The notes under the pieces are model-generated. The model was not told the origin of the DNA, searched no databases, and saw nothing but the letters and a program-made list of their open reading frames with translations. A stretch of 64,000 nucleotides of DNA from positions 7,771 through 71,770 of the forward strand of contig JAUWMV010000001.1 of NCBI GenBank assembly GCA_030613005.1, read 5' to 3'. This document shows positions 48,884-59,359 of this stretch, piece after piece. The translations under genes were made by a program, and so were the position numbers. The first letter of the stretch is position 1. Every line of letters starts with the position of its first letter. The stretch comes from a bacterium. Its GTDB lineage: Bacteria > UBP14 > UBA6098 > B30-G16.

Positions 48884-50254
48884 TTGAAGCCAGAAAGGCT
48901 CACAAAAATATCGATACTTCTTTCTGGGAGATTATTTCCCAAAGACGCCGGTAATGTATACGTAAGGGGAGTTTCGAATGACTCCAGGACAATTAAGCCT
49001 GGAGAGTTGTTTTTTGCTTTAAAAGCTCTTCGAGATGGTCATAATTTTGTGAAGGACGCATTTGATAATGGTGCTGCTGCTGCAATTGTAGAAAGACAAA
49101 TTCCCACAAAATTACCCCAGATAGTCGTTATCAATACGTTGGATTCACTAGGTGAATTTGGGAGAATCTACAGAAACCGCATTAATCCGAATGTTGTAGC
49201 GGTTACGGGTTCTGTGGGAAAAACAACTGCTAGGGAAATAATTGCAAGTGTACTAAGAACAAAGTTTAAAACTGTTAGTGCGAAAAACAATTATAATAAT
49301 CTCATCGGTTTACCTTTAACGCTTTTGGACATGCCAGACGATTGCGAATTTGCCGTTGTAGAACTTGGGATAAACATGCCGGGTGAGATGATTCGTATGT
49401 CGGAAATATCTCAACCTAATGCAGCGGTAATAACCTCGGTAGCTCGAGTACACACTGAAAGGCTTGACAACATTAATAGAATCTTACATGAAAAACTTAA
49501 AATTACTTTCGCTATGGATCCAGAAGCACCATTATTTCTTAATACAGATTTTCCAAAATTGTCAAATATACGAAATTCAGTAGATCACCCCGTAATAACC
49601 TACGGAATTAATTCAGGTGATTATAGAGCAGTTGACTTGAATTTTGAGGATTGTAAGCCTGATTTTAAAGTTAAAGGTTATCCATTTAAGTTAAAAATGT
49701 TAGGTTACCAGTCTGTTTATGCAAGTTTGGCTGCAATTGCTGTGGGTGATTATTTCGATATACCATTTCCAAAAATTCAGGAAGTCCTAGAAGTTCAAGA
49801 AGCATTGCCTCATAGAATGCAACTTGTTAAACTTAATGGGATAAAAATCATTGATGATTCTTACAATGCTTGCCCTATTTCTGTCAAAGAAGCCTTGAAT
49901 TGTTTAAATAAAATATCGGGAAATAGAAAAATCGCTGTATTAGGTGATATGTTGGAATTGGGTACTCATGAGAAGAAATCTCATGAAGATATCGGTGTAT
50001 GGCTTTACGAGAATGATGTTGATATGGTGATTTTGTATGGTGATAGAATGAATTTTGCATCTGAGAAACTTCGGCAACTTAAATTCACAGGAGAACTTGT
50101 ATACACAAAGGATTTTTCTTTCGCAAAACATAAACTGATTAATTACATACAATCAGATGATGTGATATTAATCAAAGGTTCAAACAAAATGGGAATGTCG
50201 AAAATTATTGATGCAATCAAAGATATTATGATTAATAAGACTTCAGAAAGGTAA
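48884..50254 (+). CDS. murF: MurF ligase
   Basis: GSVGKTT, NNLIGLP, ELG, DDSYNA, LGDMLELG, KGSN. Confidence 0.95.
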   Translation: MKPERLTKISILLSGRLFPKDAGNVYVRGVSNDSRTIKPGELFFALKALRDGHNFVKDAFDNGAAAAIVERQIPTKLPQIVVINTLDSLGEFGRIYRNRINPNVVAVTGSVGKTTAREIIASVLRTKFKTVSAKNNYNNLIGLPLTLLDMPDDCEFAVVELGINMPGEMIRMSEISQPNAAVITSVARVHTERLDNINRILHEKLKITFAMDPEAPLFLNTDFPKLSNIRNSVDHPVITYGINSGDYRAVDLNFEDCKPDFKVKGYPFKLKMLGYQSVYASLAAIAVGDYFDIPFPKIQEVLEVQEALPHRMQLVKLNGIKIIDDSYNACPISVKEALNCLNKISGNRKIAVLGDMLELGTHEKKSHEDIGVWLYENDVDMVILYGDRMNFASEKLRQLKFTGELVYTKDFSFAKHKLINYIQSDDVILIKGSNKMGMSKIIDAIKDIMINKTSER

Positions 50255-50260
50255 TTAGAG

Positions 50261-51355
50261 ATGCTTTACGAACTGCTATATCCATTGGCATCAAATTATA
50301 TTATTTTCAATTTATTGCGATACATTACTTTCCGAATCGCAATGGCAGCAACAACTAGCTTTCTGGTGTCGCTTATTCTTTGTGGTCCGATGATAAAATA
50401 CCTTAAAAGAAAAAAGATCGAAAGCAAAATAAGAGAAGATGTTCCCAAAAGGCACCTTCAGAAACGAGGAACTCCTACAATGGGTGGCTTAGTTATTATA
50501 GGGGGCGTTATCGTCGGGACAGGTTTGTGGGCTAGAATCGATAATCCGTATGTGTTGATGGCGTTAATATCTTTAGTGTTAACTGGTGTCATGGGCTTTG
50601 TCGATGACTACATTAAAGATGTCGCTGGTGATCCGAAAGGTCTTTTGGCAAGATACAAACTGTATGGTCAAATACTCTTAGCGTTAGCAATTGCTTTAAT
50701 GTTGTACACAGATCCTTTCAACATAAGCGTTGGGTTGCGCGATACTACTGAGCTTCCGTTTTTAAAAAATGTATATATAAATATGGGCATCGGTTATATT
50801 ATTTTTTCTACATTCGTTATTGTAGCCTCCACAAATGCAGTAAATATAGTTGACGGATTGGACGGATTGGCAGCAGGACTCGTGGGTATTTTATCTGTAA
50901 TGTTCACAGCAGTAGCTTATGTATCGGGACGTCAAGACTTTACGCAATATCTTAATATTGTATATTTACCCGGAACCGGGGAGTTGTCAATATTCTGCAT
51001 TTCGATGGCTGGCGCTATCCTGGGTTTCCTGTGGTATAACACACATCCTGCACAAATTTTTATGGGGGATACTGGTGCGCTTTCAATGGGAGTTGCTTTA
51101 GGGGTAATTTCGGTGATGCTGAAGAAGGAATTTCTGTTGCTTATTGCTGGTGGTGTATTTGTCATTGAAGTCTTGACTGTGATTATGCAGGTTTCCTATT
51201 TCAAAGTTACCGGTGGCAAGAGAATTTTTAAGATTACCCCAATACATCATTCCTTTGAATTAAACGGATTGCATGAATCTAAGATTGTTGTCCGTTTCTG
51301 GATAGTGGGAATTATTTTTGCAATTTTAGGCTTAGTTTCCTTTAAGGTGAGATGA
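50261..51355 (+). CDS. mraY: Phospho-MurNAc-pentapeptide transferase
   Basis: GTPTMGG, GFVDD, NAVNIVDGLDGL, FMGDTG, PIHHSFE. Confidence 0.97.
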   Translation: MLYELLYPLASNYIIFNLLRYITFRIAMAATTSFLVSLILCGPMIKYLKRKKIESKIREDVPKRHLQKRGTPTMGGLVIIGGVIVGTGLWARIDNPYVLMALISLVLTGVMGFVDDYIKDVAGDPKGLLARYKLYGQILLALAIALMLYTDPFNISVGLRDTTELPFLKNVYINMGIGYIIFSTFVIVASTNAVNIVDGLDGLAAGLVGILSVMFTAVAYVSGRQDFTQYLNIVYLPGTGELSIFCISMAGAILGFLWYNTHPAQIFMGDTGALSMGVALGVISVMLKKEFLLLIAGGVFVIEVLTVIMQVSYFKVTGGKRIFKITPIHHSFELNGLHESKIVVRFWIVGIIFAILGLVSFKVR

Positions 51356-51356
51356 T

Positions 51357-52694
51357 ATGAAGAGGATTTCTATAATAGGATTAGGTCGAAGCGGTGAAGC
51401 AGCAGCAAAACTTGCGCAAAAGCATGGCTCTAGTGTTTTTGTTTCAGACTATGCTGATAATACCGAATTGAGAATTATTGCCAGTAGTTTAAAAAAATTA
51501 GGCATCGATGTTGAATTGGGTGAAAATTCGGATCGAATTCTTCAGTCGGATGAAATAGTTTTAAGCCCGGGCGTGCCACTCGATATACCAATTTTGGAAA
51601 AAGCCAAAATGGTAAATATTCCTATTATAGGTGAAGTTGAATTCGCTTTCTCGCTCGAGAAGGGAAGAATTGTGGCTGTAACGGGTTCAAACGGAAAGAG
51701 CACAACTGCTACATTAATTGCAAAAATGCTTGAAGATAGTGGGTTGAAGACTTTTCTGGCTGGTAATGTAGGGCTTCCTTACTCGACAATTGTAGAACAA
51801 ACAAATACAGAAACGGTTACTGTACTTGAGATATCAAGCTTTCAACTCGAAACCATGATAAATTTTAATCCTTATGTGGCAATTCTTCTAAATCTAACTC
51901 CCGATCATTTGGATAGATATCCAACAGTCGAGGATTATTATAATGCAAAATTGGATATTTTCGACATGCAAAGAGATAACGATTACAGTGTTTTAAATTT
52001 CGATTTGGATTACGTTAAATCTCGGACCGAGCATTTAAAAAGTAAGAAACTGTATTTTTCTACGAAATATCATAAAACACCAGGATCATTTGTTTCCGGT
52101 GGAAATATTTATCGCAACAATGAAAAGGTTATTGCAGTAAATAATATCGAAATTCCGGGACCACACAATTTGTCTAACGCCTTAGCAGCAGTGGCAACAA
52201 CAATTCCATTTGGTTTGCCTGTGAAATTTGTGGCTGAAGCTCTTGCAAAATTCAAGGGTTTAGAACACAGACTTGAGAGTTTTCTTGAATGGAATAATAT
52301 ATTATTTGTTAATGATTCAAAAGCTACTAATCCTGATTCTCTTCGTTTTGCACTCTTGTCTTTCTCAAGACCAATAATTCTTATCGCTGGTGGATATGAT
52401 AAGGGCATGGATTTTTCTGGTCTTAGAGAGATTTTTGCGGAAAAGGTTAAGTCTGTTGTTTTCACAGGTGAAACAGCCGAGAAGTTATCTAAGCAATTAG
52501 GTAATACGGTACCTTCTCAGATTACAATCGGTGATTTTAAAGATGCGGTTCAATATGCAGTATCGATAGCCGAAAGCGGAGATATTGTAATTCTTTCTCC
52601 GGGTTGTGCAAGTTTCGATGCATTCAAAAATTTTGAACATAGGGGTAAAGTATTCAAAGAACATGTAAAAAATATCATAGCGGCCAAACAGTAA
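51357..52694 (+). CDS. murD: MurD ligase
   Basis: SPGVP, GSNGKST, EISSFQL, DHLDRY, EHRLE, NDSKATN, SPGCASFD. Confidence 0.97.
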   Translation: MKRISIIGLGRSGEAAAKLAQKHGSSVFVSDYADNTELRIIASSLKKLGIDVELGENSDRILQSDEIVLSPGVPLDIPILEKAKMVNIPIIGEVEFAFSLEKGRIVAVTGSNGKSTTATLIAKMLEDSGLKTFLAGNVGLPYSTIVEQTNTETVTVLEISSFQLETMINFNPYVAILLNLTPDHLDRYPTVEDYYNAKLDIFDMQRDNDYSVLNFDLDYVKSRTEHLKSKKLYFSTKYHKTPGSFVSGGNIYRNNEKVIAVNNIEIPGPHNLSNALAAVATTIPFGLPVKFVAEALAKFKGLEHRLESFLEWNNILFVNDSKATNPDSLRFALLSFSRPIILIAGGYDKGMDFSGLREIFAEKVKSVVFTGETAEKLSKQLGNTVPSQITIGDFKDAVQYAVSIAESGDIVILSPGCASFDAFKNFEHRGKVFKEHVKNIIAAKQ

Positions 52695-53824
52695 TGTTGT
52701 CAATTGATCCTAAACTATTATTGGCAACGTTTATTCTAGTTCTTTTAGGAACGATAATGATCTATAGTGCATCATCTATTGTCAGCTACTTCAAGTATAA
52801 TGATATGAATTTTGTTTTCAAAAAACAAGTTCTAAGGGTTCTGTTAAGTATTATTGCTTTGGCATTTGGTTTATTGATTAATTATAAAAGATGGGAAACA
52901 TATTCAAATTATCTTTTGATTGGAGTGGGGGTATTACTCGTATTTACATTAATCCCAATTCTTGCAGGACAAGACGCAGTGAAGGGTGCACAACGATGGA
53001 TACAGATTTTCGGAATAGCATCGATTCAACCCTCTGAATTTGCCAAGTTCGCTCTTATTGTATTTATCGCATCGAAATTGTCGTTAAAGAACTTTAAATG
53101 GACTAATTTTAATGATAGCGTTCTTCCATTGATTCTTCCAATTGCAGCGATATTACTATTGATACTTTTACAACCTAATATCGGGATGGTTGTCGGTTTA
53201 AGTCTTGTTGTTGGGTCGATATTTATATTAGGGAGAATACCAGTAAGATATGCAGTAATTATGCTAATGATTTTTATTACAGTGATGATTATCGTAATTA
53301 TCGCCTTACCGTATGCTCAACAGAGAATTCTTGGTTTTGCTAATCCCACAGATCCGTATGACGAATCATATCAAATTAGACAATCTCTAATTACTATTGG
53401 CAGTGGAGGTGTTCTTGGAGTGGGTTTGGGTAAAAGCTTGCAAAAACTTTCCTTTCTCCCTGAAGCACATACAGAGTTCATATTTTCAATGGTTTGCAGT
53501 GAACTTGGATTAATCGGTGCATCGTTTGTATTAGTTCTTATAGGAATAATAGTGTGGCGTGGACTTAGAATATCCATTAGAGCACCCGATGATTTCGGAA
53601 CTTATCTTGCCTTTGGTATTACCGCGGAAATTTTTTATTTCAGTGCAATAAATATTGCTGTTGTTACCAATCTAATTCCAACTACTGGAATACCATTACC
53701 TTTCATGAGCTTTGGCGGTTCGCAACTTTTCGTGCATATGTTTTGTATTGGAATATTGATGAATATAGCAATGACAATGAGAGATCCAATCGATTATAAA
53801 TTAAAACTTTTGAAACAAACATGA
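52694..53824 (+). CDS. ftsW: SEDS glycosyltransferase FtsW
   Basis: GAQRWI, QPSEFAK, YQIRQS, LPEAHTEF, GIPLPFMSFGGS. Confidence 0.95.
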   Translation: MLSIDPKLLLATFILVLLGTIMIYSASSIVSYFKYNDMNFVFKKQVLRVLLSIIALAFGLLINYKRWETYSNYLLIGVGVLLVFTLIPILAGQDAVKGAQRWIQIFGIASIQPSEFAKFALIVFIASKLSLKNFKWTNFNDSVLPLILPIAAILLLILLQPNIGMVVGLSLVVGSIFILGRIPVRYAVIMLMIFITVMIIVIIALPYAQQRILGFANPTDPYDESYQIRQSLITIGSGGVLGVGLGKSLQKLSFLPEAHTEFIFSMVCSELGLIGASFVLVLIGIIVWRGLRISIRAPDDFGTYLAFGITAEIFYFSAINIAVVTNLIPTTGIPLPFMSFGGSQLFVHMFCIGILMNIAMTMRDPIDYKLKLLKQT

Positions 53825-54924
53825 GATATTTAATGGCAGGAGGAGGTACAGGTGGGCATATCCTCCCTGCAGTTAACATAGCCCGAGCAATCGAGGAAAT
53901 AGACAAGGCTGCGATATTCCTTTTTATTGGAACAAAAAAAGGATTGGAAAAGGATGTAATTCCACGGAGAGGATATGATATTCGAATGATATCCGCTAGA
54001 CCTTGGAACGGGTTGAAATCTGTGAAACCATTACGAGAATCAGTTTTAGAGGTAAAGTCGATAATTAAAGAATTTAAGCCTGATTGCGTTATTGGCACAG
54101 GAGGATATGTAAGTGCTCCGGTTGTTTTAGCAGCAAAATTAGCAAAAATTAAAGTTTTTATTCAAGAACAGAATTCGACTCCTGGTTTAGCTTCTAAATT
54201 AGGCTCGCTTTTTGCAGAAAAAATTTATCTGGGCTTCGAGGAATGCAAGGGAAAACTTTGGCGATCTGAAAATACGTTATTTACAGGTAATCCAATTTTC
54301 TCATCAAAAACAACAGTGGATACAAAGAACAGCAGGATTGCACTTGGATTAGACCCATCGATTAAAACTGTATTCGTTACCGGCGGAAGTCAAGGTTCTC
54401 AGGCAATTAATGATAATCTTATAGCAATGATAGATATGCTCGGTTTACCGGAGAATACTCAAATGTTATGGCAGTCTGGTCGCAACAATTATCAGCAGTT
54501 AAAGAAATACTTAGACAATAGAAATTATCCAATCGTAATTGAGGATTTTATTTATGATATGTTTACAGCCTATAATGCTAGTGATTTGGTTGTATGCAGA
54601 GCTGGAGCATTGACACTTGCTGAATTAGCACTCGAGGGTTTACCCGCGATACTCATTCCCTATCCTTATGCAAAGCACGACGAACAGAGAACCAATGCAC
54701 AGGTTTTTATTGGAGGAGATGCTGCAATAATTTTAGAACAGAAAGATTTAACACCGGAGATTCTATATGCAAGTATCGATGATCTAATAACAAACGAGAA
54801 GCGTTTGAGTGAAATGTCGATGGGGATGAAGCAATTATCCAAACCGGACGCTGCTCAAATAATTGCAAAATCGATATACGACAATTTGTCGAATTTTGGA
54901 AAAACTATCGGGAGGAAAAAATGA
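53821..54924 (+). CDS. murG: MurG glycosyltransferase
   Basis: GGGTGGH, GGYVS, EQNS, GNP, GGSQGS, RAGA. Confidence 0.97.
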   Translation: MRYLMAGGGTGGHILPAVNIARAIEEIDKAAIFLFIGTKKGLEKDVIPRRGYDIRMISARPWNGLKSVKPLRESVLEVKSIIKEFKPDCVIGTGGYVSAPVVLAAKLAKIKVFIQEQNSTPGLASKLGSLFAEKIYLGFEECKGKLWRSENTLFTGNPIFSSKTTVDTKNSRIALGLDPSIKTVFVTGGSQGSQAINDNLIAMIDMLGLPENTQMLWQSGRNNYQQLKKYLDNRNYPIVIEDFIYDMFTAYNASDLVVCRAGALTLAELALEGLPAILIPYPYAKHDEQRTNAQVFIGGDAAIILEQKDLTPEILYASIDDLITNEKRLSEMSMGMKQLSKPDAAQIIAKSIYDNLSNFGKTIGRKK

Positions 54925-56333
54925 CTCCCAGTTCCGGATATATGTATCGCAAAATTAAGCTTCTTCATTTTGTGGGCATTGGAGGAAGCGGGATGAATGG
55001 TATTGCAGAGATATTGGTAAACCTGGGGTATAGTCTTACAGGTTCCGATTTGAGAAGGACCGACATAACAAAACATCTCGAATCTTTGGGTGTGAAAGTT
55101 TTCTACGACCACAAATCCGGAAATATTGGAAATGCAGACGTTTTGGTTATCTCCTCTGCAATAAATCCTGATAATCCTGAATTAATAATGGCTCGAGAGC
55201 GAGGAATTCCTGTTATCCGAAGAGCTGAGATGCTTGCGGAACTTATGCGTCAAAAATATGGTATAGCCGTTTCTGGCACTCATGGGAAGAGCACAACAAC
55301 TTCTATCATAGGGGAAATATTAACCAAAGCCGGGTTAGATCCGACTGTTATTGTAGGAGGTAGAGTTGTTAACCTTGGTTCTAGTGCACAACTTGGAACT
55401 GGAGAATTTTTAGTTGCTGAAGCTGATGAGTTTGATAAGTCATTCTTACGTTTAACGCCTACTATTGCGGTTGTAACTAATATAGAGCGAGAACATATGG
55501 ACTGCTATGTTGATATGGATGAATTAGTTAACTCATTCGTTGAATTTATGAATAAAGTTCCATTTTACGGTAGAGTAATCCTATGTATAGATGAGCCTAT
55601 ACTTCAAGAATTGCTCCCTAAAATTGAAAGGACAATTTTTACATATGGTTTCTCAACTCAAGCCGATATCAGAGCGGTTAAGGTTAATTTTAAAGAAGGA
55701 ATGACTACGTTTGATGTTCTAACCGACGGTCAGTTCTTGGGAAGTATCCAAACAACTCAAGTAGGTTTTCACAATGTAAAGAATTCATTGGCTGCAATTG
55801 CAGTTAGCATCGATCTGGGTGTCGATTTTAAAGACATCCAGAGAGGATTAAAAGAATTTAAGGGAGTATTTAGAAGATTTCAGATCAAGGGAGAATTTGG
55901 CAATATACTTGTTGTCGACGATTTTGGGCATCATCCCACCGAGATAATTGCGACTCTTAAAGCGGCAAAGATGTCATACAATAGAAGAATTGTGGCGGTT
56001 TTCCAACCACATCTCTACACCAGAACAAGGGATTTTAATCTTGATTTCGGAAAATCATTTTTAGACAGTGACATTCTTGTGGTTACAGATGTTTATGGAG
56101 CAAGGGAAGAACCTATCCAAGGGATAACAGGCGAAATGATTGCCAGTGCTGCAAAGGAATATGGACATCGTCATGTTTTCTATGAACCAGATAAGCAAAA
56201 AATTCCTCAGCTGCTTATCGATATTACCGAGCCCAATGATCTTGTTTTGACGATAGGTGCTGGGAATGTGGGAAAAATTGCAGATGAATATATAGAACTT
56301 TTAAAAGAAAAGACGGGAAAGGAGAAGGATTAG
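54921..56333 (+). CDS. murC: MurC ligase
   Basis: GIGGSGM, GTHGKSTT, EADEFD, EHMD, DDFGHHP, FQPH. Confidence 0.97.
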   Translation: MTPSSGYMYRKIKLLHFVGIGGSGMNGIAEILVNLGYSLTGSDLRRTDITKHLESLGVKVFYDHKSGNIGNADVLVISSAINPDNPELIMARERGIPVIRRAEMLAELMRQKYGIAVSGTHGKSTTTSIIGEILTKAGLDPTVIVGGRVVNLGSSAQLGTGEFLVAEADEFDKSFLRLTPTIAVVTNIEREHMDCYVDMDELVNSFVEFMNKVPFYGRVILCIDEPILQELLPKIERTIFTYGFSTQADIRAVKVNFKEGMTTFDVLTDGQFLGSIQTTQVGFHNVKNSLAAIAVSIDLGVDFKDIQRGLKEFKGVFRRFQIKGEFGNILVVDDFGHHPTEIIATLKAAKMSYNRRIVAVFQPHLYTRTRDFNLDFGKSFLDSDILVVTDVYGAREEPIQGITGEMIASAAKEYGHRHVFYEPDKQKIPQLLIDITEPNDLVLTIGAGNVGKIADEYIELLKEKTGKEKD

Positions 56334-56352
56334 ATTAATCCATTTTTCTGAA

Positions 56353-57267
56353 ATGAACACACAACACGAAATAACAGAAAAATTTGCAGCCATATGTGCA
56401 ATCGAGGAAAATTATCCTCTTTCTATGCTCACGACATTTGAAATAGGTGGGCCTGCATCATTAGCAATATTTCCTGAAGATAGAAAACAGTTGCTTAATG
56501 TATTGGAGCTCATAAAATCCGTTAAGAAACCTTGGATAGTTATCGGACGAGGAAGCAACCTTCTAGTTTCCGATTCTGGATTCGATGGGATAGTATTAGT
56601 TCTCAGAGAAGGTCCGAAAAGAATGATTAAAGTTGATGATGAAATATGGAATTTCGAGTGTGGAGTGTTGTTATCAAACGCTATAACGCATTTAGCATAT
56701 GAAGGTTATAGAGGATACGAGCCGTTAGCGGGAATTCCGGGTACTATTGGTGGCGCAGTGATTATGAACGCAGGTGCTTATGAAGTCTGGTTTGATGATA
56801 ACCTAATAGAAGTTGAAATATGGTCTCCATACAATGGGATAAAGACAGTTAAACAGGAGGACTTTAAAGTCTCGTATCGTCATTTTAGGCTTTGCGAGTA
56901 CGAAATTATTCTCTCGGCGACATTATTCTTTGAACCCGCTAAATCAAAGGAAGTTTTGGCAAATATCGAAAAATACCTTCAAATGCGAAAACACACCCAG
57001 CCACTCGGAGAAAAGTGTGCAGGATGCATTTTCAAGAATCCCAGGAATTCTCATGCGGGATTCCTGATCGAACAAGCCGACTTAAAAGGATCATCTATTG
57101 GAGATGCAACAATTTCAAATGCTCATTCAAATTTCATAATAAATAAAGGAGCAGCTTCCGCAAGAGATGTTTGGGAATTAATACAAATTATCAGAGAGAG
57201 AATTAAGAAGATATTCGAAATTGAATTGGAATTAGAAATAAAACTAATAGGAAATTTTGATGTGTAA
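56353..57267 (+). CDS. murB: UDP-N-acetylmuramate dehydrogenase
   Basis: IGGPA, GRGSNLL, GIPGTIGGA..MNAGAY, AGCIFKNP, HSNF. Confidence 0.95.
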   Translation: MNTQHEITEKFAAICAIEENYPLSMLTTFEIGGPASLAIFPEDRKQLLNVLELIKSVKKPWIVIGRGSNLLVSDSGFDGIVLVLREGPKRMIKVDDEIWNFECGVLLSNAITHLAYEGYRGYEPLAGIPGTIGGAVIMNAGAYEVWFDDNLIEVEIWSPYNGIKTVKQEDFKVSYRHFRLCEYEIILSATLFFEPAKSKEVLANIEKYLQMRKHTQPLGEKCAGCIFKNPRNSHAGFLIEQADLKGSSIGDATISNAHSNFIINKGAASARDVWELIQIIRERIKKIFEIELELEIKLIGNFDV

Positions 57268-58006
57268 AAACCTTAAAATAATGCTTGTATTCCTTGCAAC
57301 AGTTGCTCTTGCAATGTGTTGGGCATTGAACAGCTCTTTCTTCAAACTCGATGAGATCAATATCTCTGGCAATACGAACCTTAATCGAGATGGGGTATTG
57401 CGAATTCTTAATATCGAATCGGGTCAGAATATTTTGTTGATGGACTTTATTGCAATGAGTAAAAAAATGGTAGCTCAAAACAGGATCGCGGAAGCTAAGG
57501 TGAATATGCACTGGCCAAATGGATTGAATATTTACATTAAAGATAAAATTGGCAAATATCTTCTCAATGTCGGTGATATTTGGTACTTGACATCTGAGGG
57601 AATAGTTTTACCAAAATCAGAACTCAAAGGTATAATCGATAAGCCTATAATCATACCTATTGAAAGTTGCAATATTAAAGAACAGACTAAATTAGAATAC
57701 GAATCGATTGTTCGATCATTAGAGTTCCTAAATTACTTATCTGAAAATAATTCTTATGTACTGGATATTATTTCTGAAGTGATGTCCCCTTCTGAGGGTG
57801 AAATTAACCTGTTTTTACAAAATGACGGACTGAGAGTTAGATTAGGAAGAAACTGGGATATTTTCCACAAACTTGAACTCCTTTTAGACAATATCAGTTG
57901 CGAAAGAGAAAGAGTAGGAGAAATAGATTTCAGATTTACGGGTCAAGCAATAGTCAGATATAAAAATGAGGCTTCATCCCCATCACGGAGCGAGTATGAA
58001 AAATAA
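57260..58006 (+). CDS. ftsQ: Cell division protein FtsQ/DivIB
   Basis: TM plus POTRA (INISGN, HWPNGLNI), C-terminal IDFRF; position before ftsA. Confidence 0.8.
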   Translation: MCKNLKIMLVFLATVALAMCWALNSSFFKLDEINISGNTNLNRDGVLRILNIESGQNILLMDFIAMSKKMVAQNRIAEAKVNMHWPNGLNIYIKDKIGKYLLNVGDIWYLTSEGIVLPKSELKGIIDKPIIIPIESCNIKEQTKLEYESIVRSLEFLNYLSENNSYVLDIISEVMSPSEGEINLFLQNDGLRVRLGRNWDIFHKLELLLDNISCERERVGEIDFRFTGQAIVRYKNEASSPSRSEYEK

Positions 58007-59231
58007 CTATTTTACAGTAATCGACATAGGATCATCAAAATTGGCTGTGGCAGTATGTAATATTGACAACAATAAAGTTATTATAGACGTATTATCTATT
58101 GGTTCAATTACGGGTGTTGAAAAGGGTGTTGTTAATAATGCTGAAAAACTTTCAAAATCCATCGGTAGGGTTGTCAGTGATGCTAATCGTTTGTCAGCCA
58201 AAAATATCAAGAGTGTTTATGTAATTGTTAGTGGAATAATTGTGGAATCTACATTAGCTAAGGGTTACAAAATTACCTCAGATGATGCTAAGGGTGTTGT
58301 GCTCGAAGACATTCAAAAGATTTTGGAATCTGCCAATAAGCGATCGATTCCAGCAGACCATAAAATTTTTGATTTTGCATTACCAAAACTCAAGGCGAGA
58401 GTCCTTCCGGGCTCAGAAATATTCATTAAGTCATTACAAAAAGAGATTGAAAGTGAAGTTCTTCTTTTCCATACTCAAAAGACGTATTTAGAACAGATTT
58501 TCTCGATTGTGATGAATGCAGGATATGAGTTAGAGGAGTTTATTGCAGGACCTCTTGCCACTGCTCAGGCGGTTATCGAGGAAAAAGATAAAATAAGCGG
58601 TGTAATCGTCTTGGATATTGGAGCGTCGAGCGTTGAAGTGTTAGCCTATTCTAAAGGGCGACCGATATTTTCAGGCGTTATTCCTATTGCAGGGAATAAT
58701 ATTTCCAATGACATGAAATACTTATTCAATTATTCTCCGGATGTCGCTGAGAATATAGTTGTGAAATATGGTAAAGCAATATCCGAGGGTATCGATGAGA
58801 ATGAGAAAATCAATATTGATAGAGGGAACGGGGATGGACCTGAGACTTTAGACTATAAGTATTTTGTATCGATAATTGAAGCTCGATTAGAAGAAATTTT
58901 TAATTTAGTAAAAAAACTTATTAACTCAAAAGGGATTGAAATAAATTCTGAGATGTTTCCAGCTGGGATTGTCTTAACTGGCGGTTGCTCCCTAATATCC
59001 GATATTGACAAATTAGCGGGAAGAGTCTTTAAACTTCCCATAAACATACCTGTTATAGAATCGGAATATATTTCATCAAATTTTTATAAGCCTGCCACAT
59101 TATCGACAATAATGGGTGCAACAAAACTTGTTGGAATAAGAAAAGGATATAAGAATTCTTTAGAACCTGAATGCAATAAGTCTCAGCGTTTATGGGAAAC
59201 ATTGAAAGAATGGATACTTGGAAATATCTGA
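57996..59231 (+). CDS. ftsA: Cell division protein FtsA (divergent)
   Basis: VIDIGSSK, GVEKGVV, LDIGAS, IIEARLEEIF, GIVLTGG, C-terminal amphipathic helix. Confidence 0.9.
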   Translation: MKNNYFTVIDIGSSKLAVAVCNIDNNKVIIDVLSIGSITGVEKGVVNNAEKLSKSIGRVVSDANRLSAKNIKSVYVIVSGIIVESTLAKGYKITSDDAKGVVLEDIQKILESANKRSIPADHKIFDFALPKLKARVLPGSEIFIKSLQKEIESEVLLFHTQKTYLEQIFSIVMNAGYELEEFIAGPLATAQAVIEEKDKISGVIVLDIGASSVEVLAYSKGRPIFSGVIPIAGNNISNDMKYLFNYSPDVAENIVVKYGKAISEGIDENEKINIDRGNGDGPETLDYKYFVSIIEARLEEIFNLVKKLINSKGIEINSEMFPAGIVLTGGCSLISDIDKLAGRVFKLPINIPVIESEYISSNFYKPATLSTIMGATKLVGIRKGYKNSLEPECNKSQRLWETLKEWILGNI

Positions 59232-59254
59232 ATTGAAAATATAAAGGAGAAAAG

Positions 59255-59359
59255 ATGAGCAATAAGCAATTGCCGGTGAAAAAGGCTGTAAATACGAAAA
59301 TAATGACTTGGAAAAATCTTAAAAAAGTAACAAGGAGGGAGTCATGTCTTTTGAATTAG
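59255..59359 (+). CDS. Putative 34-aa small ORF overlapping the ftsZ start
   Basis: AAGGAG SD at 59244-59249, ATG 59255, MSNKQLPVKKAVNTKIMTWKNLKKVTRRESCLLN, TAG 59357. Confidence 0.3.
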   Translation: MSNKQLPVKKAVNTKIMTWKNLKKVTRRESCLLN

